Part shown: positions 12,285 through 22,549 of the stretch, in pieces
Layout of the letters: every line of letters starts with the position of its first letter
How positions within the stretch are numbered: position 1 is the stretch's first letter
Assembly: GCA_964016885.1 (NCBI GenBank)
Contig: OZ024740.1
Location: 240,560,001-240,624,000 of the forward strand
Length of the DNA: 64,000 nucleotides
Origin: Eledone cirrhosa
Lineage: Eukaryota
Reading direction: 5' to 3'
Notes under the pieces: model-generated
Databases searched by the model: none
What the model saw: only the letters and a program-made list of their open reading frames with translations
What the model was told of the DNA's origin: nothing
Position numbers and translations under genes: made by a program

Positions 12285-12754
12285 GAGGAGCGAGTGAAGT
12301 GGAGATCTCTGATCAAGTCAGGTAGTGAACACTTTGAAACTCGTCGGAGAGAACACCTTACACTGAAAAGGAAGGTAAGGAAAGGAGATTGTTCCGAACT
12401 GCCTGCTGTTGAACATCTTCTGGTTTGCCAGCACTGTGGTCGAGTCTGCCTGAGCAAAGCTAGTTTGACTAGACACGAACAAAGTCATATCAATAGACCT
12501 TATATAGATTATGATCTGAAAAGGTGTAAGGAATGTGGCAAGGAATGTGTTAGCGTGGGAGGTCTCAAAAGACACATGAGAACACACAACCAGAACAAAG
12601 CATTGGAAAGTCCCGGAGGAACCTACAGTTGCCATATATGTGCCAGAGGGTGCAAGTCTTTGGCTGGTTTAAAGAACCACATTCATGCCTCACATTTTTG
12701 AACATTTTATCAGGCGATGGCAATGTTCGAACACGAGTTTGCAGCCATCATCAT
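12285..12754 (+). mobile_element. 5'-truncated RTE-type LINE 3' end with three C2H2 zinc fingers and a (CAT)n tail
   Basis: ERVKWRSLIKSGSEHFETRRREH...KRK is a typical RTE ORF end. It is followed by CQHC...H...H, CKEC...HMRTH and CHIC...H fingers, a short 3'UTR ending gcagccatcatcat, and (TA)n/(GT)n flanks. Confidence 0.75.
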
Positions 12755-12779
12755 GTATATATATGGACATGCACGTGTG

Positions 12780-12849
<70 letters not shown>

Positions 12850-13748
12850 AAGGTGTGTAGCTTAGTGGTTAGGGTATTCAGCTCAGGATCCTAAGGTTGT
12901 GAGTTTGATTCCCATAATTTGTGTAGATATATACACTAAACTTTAGACAAACTTGCATACAGAGTAATACATGCAATATATATATATATATATATATATA
13001 TACAAACACATAGATACACACACATATTATATAATTCCCCACATATGTGTTAGTGTATGTGATCTGAATGGTCGTAGACATTTGTGGTGAACAAATTTCT
13101 TGAGCTAAGGTAGTTTACTTTAAACTTAATTGAAAATATGAAGTGTGGGTTTGATTCCCATGCACGCTAATGTCATTTTTTTTTTCTATTCTAGGGTCTT
13201 ATATGCTGTTATCAGACTATTTCTGTAGTAAAAAAAAACGGGCAAAGTTACTAGTTCAATTCAATTTTCAAATTCCACTGCTCATTTTTAATCATGTGAT
13301 GTTTAAATATATAAGATATGTATATTTATATACCTTCATGCTTTTGCTGAAATTTGCCTTATATGATATATATATTTAGTTGAGAAGATTCACTGTCTTA
13401 TATAATCGTATTTTATCTCCTTGTATGTATTGTTGGAAACTTATGCATGCTAGTTTGAATGATCCCAACTTTGGAGGCACAGAAATCATAATTATCTCCA
13501 GTAGTTGGCTGACAATATAGGGACATGACCATGTCTTTTTCCACTATCCTTGTCATGTGTGCTCTTTTTGAATCATATATGTATATAAATAGGGATGAAC
13601 AAATAAAACCATCTTTCTTATTTATTATTATTATTATAATTATATATATAGTACCAGTAATGCATTGGATAATTGCTGGCCTTGTGCCTAAAGTAGAAAC
13701 AATTATTATAATTATATATATATATCAACATCATCATCATATATATTA

Positions 13749-13793
<45 letters not shown>

Positions 13794-13794
13794 A

Positions 13795-14080
13795 CATCAT
13801 CATTTTACGTCCACTTTTCCCTGCTTGCAAGGGTGGGACGGGAACTGATTCTGGCTTGATTTCTACAGCTGGATGCCCTTCCTAACACCAACCTCATTTA
13901 CAGTGAGTGATGGGTGCTTTTTTTCTGTGGCACCTCCACGACCACTTTGCAGTGGAATGATAGGGACTGGGACCTCAGTCCCTATCATCTCATTTCTACA
14001 GCTGAGTAAACTGGAGCAATGTGAAATAAAGTGTCTTGCTCAAGGAAACAACACATCACCCGGTCTGAGAATTGAACTCA
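13795..14080 (-). mobile_element. SINE family A, head-truncated
   Basis: Near-identical to the 46073 and 47014 copies, with an RTE-like tail and (CAT)n. Confidence 0.9.
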
Positions 14081-14192
14081 TATATATATATATAATATAT
14101 ATATATAATATATATAATATATATAATAAATAATATATAAGTATGTATACGTACATACATATATGTATACAGACGTACAGAAGTATGTATAT

Positions 14193-14535
14193 GCACATGG
14201 CTTAGTTGTTAGAGCATTGGCCTTGCAATCAAAATGTTGTGAGTTCAATTCTCAGACCGGGTGATGTGTTGTTTCCTTGAGCAAGACACTTTATTTCACA
14301 TTCCTCCAGTTTACTCAGCTGTAGAAATGAGATGATAGGGACTGGTGTCCCTATCATTCCACTGTAAAGTGGTCGTGGAGGTGCCACGGCAAAAAAGCAC
14401 CCAGCACTCACTGTAAATGAGGTTGGTGTTAGGAAGGGCATCCAGCAGTAGAAATCAAGCCAGAATCAGTTCCCGTCCCACCCTTGCAAACAGGAAAAAG
14501 CGGACGTAAAATGAAATGATGATGATGAATGATGA
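14193..14535 (+). mobile_element. SINE family A inserted into the left arm of the array
   Basis: tRNA-like head (tggcttagttgtt...gagttcaattctc), shared body, tail cggacgtaaaatgaaatgatgatg. The array sequence resumes after it. Confidence 0.9.
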
Positions 14536-14684
14536 TATACATACATGCACACATATATATATGTACGTATGGATTCACCGAACATTTATAATAATGCTCG
14601 GTGTGTTTGTAAACAAACATCACGAATTAAGCCGTACAGTGTCTAGCAACCATCGTTGCTTATTTGTTCAACACTGACAAAGGA

Positions 14685-14727
14685 ACGCTGTACTAGTTTC
14701 AAGTTTATTAGCTATCGTCAGCAACGT
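14685..14727 (-). ncRNA. Minimal type I hammerhead ribozyme motif (stem II carries one substitution)
   Basis: Minus strand acgttg-CTGACGA-tagctaataaactt-GAAA-ctag-TA-cagcgt. Confidence 0.65.
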
Positions 14728-15109
14728 ATACCTTCCTGCCAGATGATTGAACGTCTGAAAGTAGGTACTTACCTTATGCATATTAACGGCTGAGCAGCCT
14801 AATTTGCATATCGAGTGGGTTAATCGGCCAGGGTATCGAAAACGATAAACGGAATAAATGAAACGAAATTTCATTTCTCACTCTTAGTACGGCTGTTACT
14901 TAAATATAAGTATGTATACGTACATACATATATGTATACAGACGTACAGAAGTATCTATATATACATACATGCACACATACATATATATGTACGTATGGA
15001 TTCACCGAACATTTATTATAATGCTCGGTGTGTTTGTAAACAAACATCCCGAATTAAGCCGTAGTGTCTAGCAACCATCGTTGCTCATTTGTTCAACACT
15101 GACAAAGGA

Positions 15110-15152
15110 ACGCTGTACTAGTTTCAAGCTTATTAGCTATCGTCAGCAACGT
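15110..15152 (-). ncRNA. Minimal type I hammerhead ribozyme motif
   Basis: Minus strand acgttg-CTGACGA-t-agct-aata-agct-t-GAAA-ctag-TA-cagcgt. Stem I 6 bp, palindromic ACUAGU stem III, GUA cleavage triplet. Confidence 0.78.
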
Positions 15153-15481
15153 ATACCTTCCTGCCAGATGATTGAACGAGCATTATAATAAATGTTCGGT
15201 GAATCCATACGTACATATATATATGTGTTCATGTATGTATATATATATATACATACTACTGTACGTCTGTATACATATATGTATGTACGTATACATACTT
15301 ATATTTAAGTAACAGCCGTACTAAGAGTGGGAAATGAAATTTTGTTTCATTTTTTCCGTTTATCGTTTTCGGTGCACCCGGCTGATTAACCCACTCGATA
15401 TGCAGATTAGGCTGCTCAGCCGTTAATATGCATAAGGAAAGTATATACTTTCAGACGTTGAATCATTTGGCAGGAAGGTGT

Positions 15482-15524
15482 ACGTTGCTGATGATAGCTA
15501 ATAAGCTTGAAACTAGTACAGCGT
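15482..15524 (+). ncRNA. Minimal type I hammerhead ribozyme motif
   Basis: acgttg-CTGATGA-tagctaataagctt-GAAA-ctag-TA-cagcgt. Confidence 0.78.
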
Positions 15525-15871
15525 TCCTTTATCAGTGTTGAACAAACGAGCAACGATGGTTGCTAGACACTACGGCTTAATATGGAATGTTTGTTTACAA
15601 ACACACCGAGCATTATAATAAATGTTCGGTGAATCCATACGTACATATATATATGTCTGCATGTATGTATACATATATGTATGTACGTGTACATACTTAT
15701 ATTTAAGTAACAGCCGTACTAACAGTGGGAAATGAAATTTTGTTTCATTTTTTCCGTTTATCGTTTTCGGTGCACCTGGCCGATTAACCCACTCGATATG
15801 CAAATTGGGCTACTCAGCCGTTAATATGCATAAGGTAAGTATATACGTTCAACAATGTGGCAGGAAGGTAT

Positions 15872-15914
15872 ACGTTGCTGACGATAGCTAATAAGCTTGA
15901 AACTAGTACAGCGT
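15872..15914 (+). ncRNA. Minimal type I hammerhead ribozyme motif
   Basis: acgttg-CTGACGA-tagctaataagctt-GAAA-ctag-TA-cagcgt. Confidence 0.78.
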
Positions 15915-16171
15915 TCCTTTGTCAGTGTTGAACAAACGAGCAACGATGGTTGCTAGACACTCCGGCTTAATACGGGATGTTTGTTTACAAACACACCAAG
16001 CATTATAATAAATGTTCGGTGAATCCATACGTACATATATATGCGTGCATGTATGTATATATATACATACTACTGTATGTCTGGATACATATATGTATGT
16101 ACGTGTACATACTTATAATTAAGTAACAGCCGTACTAAGAGTGAGAAATGAAATTTCGTTTCATTTTTTCC

Positions 16172-17030
16172 ATATATATATATATATATAATATATATAA
16201 TAAATAATATATATATAATATATAATATATATATAATATATATATAATATATATATAATATATATATATATATAATATATATATAATATATATATAATAT
16301 ATATATATATATAATATATATATATATAATATATAAATAATATATAATATATATATATATATATAATATATAAATAATATATAATATATATATATATATA
16401 TAATATATAATATATAATATATATATATATATATAATATATAATATATATATATATAATATATATATAATATATATAATATATATAATATATATATATAT
16501 ATAATATATATATAATATATATAATATATAATATATATATATATATAATATATATATAATATATATAATATATAATATATATATATAATATATAATATAT
16601 ATATATAATATATAATATATATATATATATATAATATATAATATATATATATATAATATATATATATATATAATATATACATAATATATATAATATATAT
16701 ATATAATATATATATAAATATATAATATATATAATATATATATATATATAATATATATATATATATATAATATATATATATATATAATATATATATATAT
16801 AATATATATATATATAATATATAATATATATATATAATATATAATATATATAATATATATATATATAATATATATGTATATAATTTATGTATATAATATA
16901 TAATATATATATAATATATGTATATAATATATAATATATATAATATATATATATATAATATATATAATATATATATATATAATATATGTATACAATATAT
17001 AATATATATAATATATATAATATATGTATA
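16172..17030. repeat. Long interrupted (TA)n/TATATAA tract
   Basis: ~860 bp almost exclusively A/T. Confidence 0.97.
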
Positions 17031-19022
17031 TCGTCATCATCATCATCATCAACGTTTAACGTCCGTGTTCCACGCTTGCATGGGTTTGGACGGGGGTTTT
17101 CCCACTTGAGACAAGAGGGATTGTCTTGCTTGCATAGGACTGTCTGGCGGGTTTTCTACAGCTGGATGCCCTTCCTAACACCAACCACATTTACAGTGTG
17201 GGGCTGGGAGGTTTTTACCGTGTTGCCTACACGGCCACATTACAGCGTGGACTGTCTGGCGGGTTTTCTACAGCTGGATGCCCTTCCTAACACCAACCAC
17301 ATTTACAGTGTGGGTCTGGGAGGTTTTTACTGTGTTGCCTACACGCCCACATTACAGCGTGGACTGTGTTTTTTGTCGTGACACCTACACGATCTCATTT
17401 GTTTCGGCCTGGATGTTGTGGCACCAACATAACTTTACATTGAAAGGGGCGGTGTGGATGGGGTGGGGGTGGTGGGACGGGGGGTGTATTTTGTTAGAGA
17501 TGCCTACTGCTGTAGTAGGTTTTACTTTGTATTTAGGTAAGGCGGGTCTTCTCTATTACTGAGTACCGCCAAAGGTCTCAGTCCAGTGACATTGTCTTGG
17601 AGAGGTGTAAGCGTGTGAGGTCGGAATTTATCATGTCGTCCCAGGTTTTTCTGGGTCTGCCTACTCCGTGGCTACCGTCTATCTTTATTGCCCTGCACTT
17701 CGTTATACAGCTGTCGTCTTTCATGTGTATCACGTGACCATACCAACGTAGCCTTCTCTCGAGTAAACAACATCTGATCCCTCTTATTTCTAATTTTTTT
17801 CTTAGTTCGTTTATGCTTAGCCGTTCACGTATATTACTATTACACATCCAGCAGAGCATGCAAGCTTCGTTCCTCTCTAGTCTGCGTATATCCTCTGCAC
17901 ACAATGCCCAGATCTCACTGCCGTGCAGCATTGCTGTTCGTATGCAGGCATCATATAACCTGCCTTTCATTTTTATGGAGAACCCTTTAGCGGCTAATAG
18001 TGGTATAAGCTCTCTGAACTTTTTCCATCCAGTTCTGACTCTAGCTACTGTACTTTCAGAGCACCCTCCCCCACTGCTGATTTTGTCACCCAGGTAACGG
18101 AAGCTGTCCACTATTTCTATAGAACCCTCTGTGCAATTGAAAGAGCTAGTATTTTGTGGGCACTTGCTGCTACTTATTGCACCAGAGCACCGGCCACATG
18201 TAAAATCTATGTTCTTAGTTAGCTTACCTGTGATCCCACTACATCTTTATATGCACCCATACTTTGCATTTGGGACATAAAATGGAGTTTCTACCTACGC
18301 CTTCCCTACACACTGAGCATGGCCATTTCCCGGAAGGAACCGCCCGCCTTATTTTCTTTCCTACAAACTAGAACTTTAGTCTTAGCCAGGTTAATTTTAA
18401 GGCCTTTTGATCTAGGCCGTGCTTCCATGTTTGGAATTTCTTCTCTAGCTCTGTCATTGATTCAGCTATGAGCGTTAGATCATCTGCGTACAGGAGTCTC
18501 CCATGGGCAGCCGGTCTTGAACTCCTCTGTTACAGCCTGAAGGGCAATAATAAATAGTAGGGGGCTAAGAACAGAGCCCTGATGAAACACCAACTTTTAC
18601 GCTAAACTCTTCACTATATCGTTGTTAATTCTAACCTTGCTGACCTGTTTCTTTATACATGGCTTCTATAGCTCTCACAAGCCATTCGTCAACACCTAGT
18701 TTTCTAAGAGCCCACCAGATAATGGAACAGAGGACTCTGTCGAAGGCTTTCTCCAAGTCAACAAAAGCTAAGTATAGGGGTCTCTGATTAGTTGCGCTAT
18801 TACTTTTCCGTGACCCTTCATGACCTGGTCGATTAATTTAATGCCTCTATAGTTACACCTATCTAGGGCATCTCCTTTAACCTTGTAACAGTTAATGATG
18901 ATGCTGCTATGCCAGTCCTTGGAACAACCCCATTCTGTATGACTTGGTTTACTATCCGGGTGATCATGGTGTGTCCCACCGTTCCAGAGGCTTTCAGCAT
19001 CTCAGCAACTATTTCCGCCTTA
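17031..19022 (-). mobile_element. 5'-truncated RTE LINE (family 1) with 3'UTR and (ATG)n tail; internal deletion and many indels
   Basis: ORF 17578-18111 DSFRYLGDKISSGGGC...GRPRKTW is nearly identical to 25086-25982. Deletion near 18780. A ~110 bp duplication in the 3'UTR. Confidence 0.93.
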
Positions 19023-19107
19023 CAATATATAATATATATATAATATAATATATAATATATATATATATAATATATATATATATATATAATATATATATAA
19101 TATATAT

Positions 19108-19644
19108 ATAACAAAGTGCAGGGCAATAAAGATAGACGGTAGCCACGGAATAGGCAGACCTAGAAAAACCTGGACGAGCTGATAAACTCCGACCTCACAC
19201 ACTTACACCTCTCCAAGACAATGTCACTGGACCGAGACCTTTGGCGGTACTCAGTAACAGAGAAGACCCGCCTTGCCAGTAGGCATCTCTAACAAAATAC
19301 ACCCGTCCCACCACCACCACCCCATCCACACCACCCCGTCCTATGTAAAGTTATGTTGGTGCCGCGCCATCCGGGCCGAAACAAATGAGATCGTGTAGGT
19401 GTCACGACAAAAAAACACACAGTCCACGCTGTAATGTGGCCGTGTAGGCAACACGGTAAAAACCTCCCAGACCCACACTGTAAATGTGGTTGGTGTTAGG
19501 AAGGGCATCCAACTGTAGAAAACCTGCCAGACAGTCCTATGCGAGCAAGACAATCACTCTTGCCTCAAGTGGGACTACCCCCGTCCAAACCCATGCAAGC
19601 GTGGAACACGGACGTTAAACGTTGATGATGATGATGATGATGAT
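19108..19644 (+). mobile_element. Short 3' end of RTE family 1
   Basis: TKCRAIKIDGSHGIGRPRK... plus the same 3'UTR and an acgttgatgatgatg tail. Confidence 0.92.
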
Positions 19645-19959
19645 ATATAATATATATATATATAATATATATATAATATATATATATAATATATATATAT
19701 AATATATATATATATAATATATATATATAATATATATAATATTATATATATATAATATATATATATAATATATAATATATATATATAATATATATATATA
19801 TAATATATATTATATATATATATATATAATATATATATAATATATATATAATATATATATATATAATATATATATAATATAATATATATATAATATATAT
19901 ATAATATATATATAATATATATATAATAATATATATAATATATATATAATATATATATA

Positions 19960-19991
<32 letters not shown>

Positions 19992-20290
19992 ATATATATA
20001 TATAATATATATATAATATATATATATAATATATATATATAATATATATATATAATATATATATATAATATATATATATAATATATATATATAATATATA
20101 TATAATATATATATAATATATATATAATATATATATATAATATATATTTATATATAAATATATATATAATATATATATATAATATATATAATATATATAT
20201 ATAATATATATATAATATATATATATATATAATATATATATAATATATATATATAATATCTATATAATATATATAATATATATATAATAT

Positions 20291-20321
<31 letters not shown>

Positions 20322-20525
20322 ATATATATATATATAATATATATATATATATATAATATATATATATATATAATATATATATATATATATAATAATATAT
20401 ATATATATATAATATATATATATATATATAATATATATATATATATATAATATATATATATATATAATATATATATAATATATATATAATATATATATAA
20501 TATATATATAATATAATATATATAT

Positions 20526-20573
<48 letters not shown>

Positions 20574-20616
20574 TATAATATATATATATAATATATATAT
20601 AATATATATATATATA
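19645..20616. repeat. Long interrupted (TA)n tract
   Basis: ~970 bp almost exclusively A/T. Confidence 0.97.
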
Positions 20617-22211
20617 CAGTGCCCCGCAAAAGTTTACAACACATTAGGAAAAATGCGGTTTTAGGTATTTTTAATAAAGTTAGGGTATTGAAAATTTAAC
20701 TACTGATAGAACATATAATGAGGCATTTAATGATACAATCATATTTTTTTTTAAATACAAGGAAATAACTCATGAAGATAAATCAATATTTTTATAACGC
20801 AAAAGTTTACAACACATTTTATATTTATCGCTTTTTTTCAAGAAAATTCTTAAATTTTCAGATTTAAAATTCAGTAGAATGTTGTAGATTAGGTTTAAGG
20901 TAACTTCTAAGGACTATTTAAAACATTGTTATTATTTGTTTGACAACCATCCTGTAAACATTGACAACCATCCTGTAAACATTGACAATATGGGGAAAAA
21001 TAAACTGATTGATCAAGACCTTCGTAAACGCATTGTAGACCTTCATACAAATGGTGTTGGTTATAGAAAGATATCTTGTCAGTTAATGTGCGATTGAGTT
21101 CAGTTGGTACTATAATTCGTCACTGGAAATCCATCATTCCATCTGTCCTCTAATTAGTTCTGGTTGTCCTAGAAAGATAACAGAATGTGCAGCTCGGTTA
21201 TTGACAAGAAAGGTTGGCAACGAACCCCGGTGTACTCTTAAAAATCTTCAGGATGACCTAGAAGGAAGTGGAGTAAAAGTGAGCACAGATACAATTAGTC
21301 GTTCACTTCGTCGATATAATATCTTCTTGAGGTCTCCAAGGAAAACACCACTTCTTACGAGGAAACACGTTCTTCGTCGATTACACTTTGCAAAAGAGCA
21401 TCTCATCAAACCTGCGTCATTTTGGAAGATGTACTTTGGTCGGACGAAACAAAAATTGAACTTTTGGGTCGAAATGCTGTGGCAAAAGTCTGGAGAAAGA
21501 AAGGTACTGAATATTCGCCGAAGAATACTATTCCAACTGTAAAATTTGGAGGTGGATCAATCATGGTCTGGGGTGGCTTTAGTGCCACAGGTGTAGGAAA
21601 TATTGAAATAATAGAAGCAAGAATGGATGGTGCTTATTATAAAGGTATTTTGCAAAGGAATTTACATCAAAGTGCACATTCTCTCAGCTTAAAGCCAGGT
21701 TGGTTTTTTCAACAAGATAAAGATCCAAAGCATACTGCAAAGCTAACACAATCTTGGTTAACTACGAATGGAATAAATGTTCTAAAATGGCCAAGTCAGC
21801 CTCCAGATCTTAACCCGATCGAAATTTGTGGAGAGAACTGAAACTCAGAATTCAAAAAAGAAACCCCAACATATCCCTGAACTAAAGAAAATTTGTTGTG
21901 AAGAATGGAAAAATATTAGCCAGGAAACATGCAAGAAGTTTGTAGGAGGCTACTCCAAACGCCTACAGGCTGTAATTAGCAACAAAGGTTATGCTACGAA
22001 ATATTAAGACATGATTTAATAAATGTGTTGTAAACTTTTGCGTTATAAAAATATTGATTTTCTTCATGAGTTATTTCCTTGTTATTTTTTTTAAAATGTG
22101 ATTGTATCATGAGATGTTCTATCAGTAGTTAAATTTTCATTACCTTAACTTTATTAAAAATACCTAAAACCGCATTTTTCCTAATGTGTTGTAAACTTTT
22201 GCGGGTCACTG
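20617..22211 (+). mobile_element. Full-length Tc1 (DD34E) DNA transposon with long IR/DR terminal repeats
   Basis: TA|CAGTG...CACTG|TA. The ~200 bp TIRs each carry two copies of cgcaaaagtttacaacacatt (20625, 20798; reverse at 22022, 22183). Confidence 0.96.
20990..22007 (+). pseudogene. Tc1 transposase, frameshifted
   Basis: MGKNKLIDQDLRKRIVDLHT...GYRKIS; WSDETKIELLG; PTVKFGGGSIMVWG; QQDKDPKH-...-PDLNPIE (34 residues between D and E); ends ATKY*. Split over several frames. Confidence 0.93.
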
Positions 22212-22549
22212 TATATAATATATATATAATATATATATATATATAATATATATATAATATATATATATAATATATATATAATATATATAATATATAATAT
22301 ATAATATAATATATATATAATATATATAATATATAATATATATATAATATATATATAATATATATATAATATATATAATATATATATAATATATATAATA
22401 TATATATATAATATATATATAATATATATATATATATAATATATATATATATAATATATATATATATATAATATATATATATATAATATATAATATATAT
22501 ATAATATATATATATATAATATATAATATATATATAATATATATATATA
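22212..22549. repeat. Interrupted (TA)n tract
   Basis: Directly visible. Confidence 0.97.

Larger units (their letters stand above)
14135..16170. repeat. Fold-back array of ~390-430 bp units carrying hammerhead motifs (retrozyme or Penelope-like terminal repeats)
   Basis: ggattcaccg at 14571 and 14998 (period 427). Orientation flips at ~15177. cattataataaatgttcgg at 15181, 15611 and 16001 (periods 430 and 390). The left end is interrupted by a SINE. Confidence 0.92.

Noticed and set aside
12255-12701. Host C2H2 zinc-finger transcription factor gene
   Set aside because: The start lies in a microsatellite, there are no TGEKP linkers, and an RTE-like upstream motif and (CAT)n tail indicate a LINE end
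13873-14133. Recurrent ORF MPFLTPTSFTVS... (also 14229, 42831, 46087, 47028)
   Set aside because: Antisense translation of SINE A; recurrence reflects repeat copies, not a protein family
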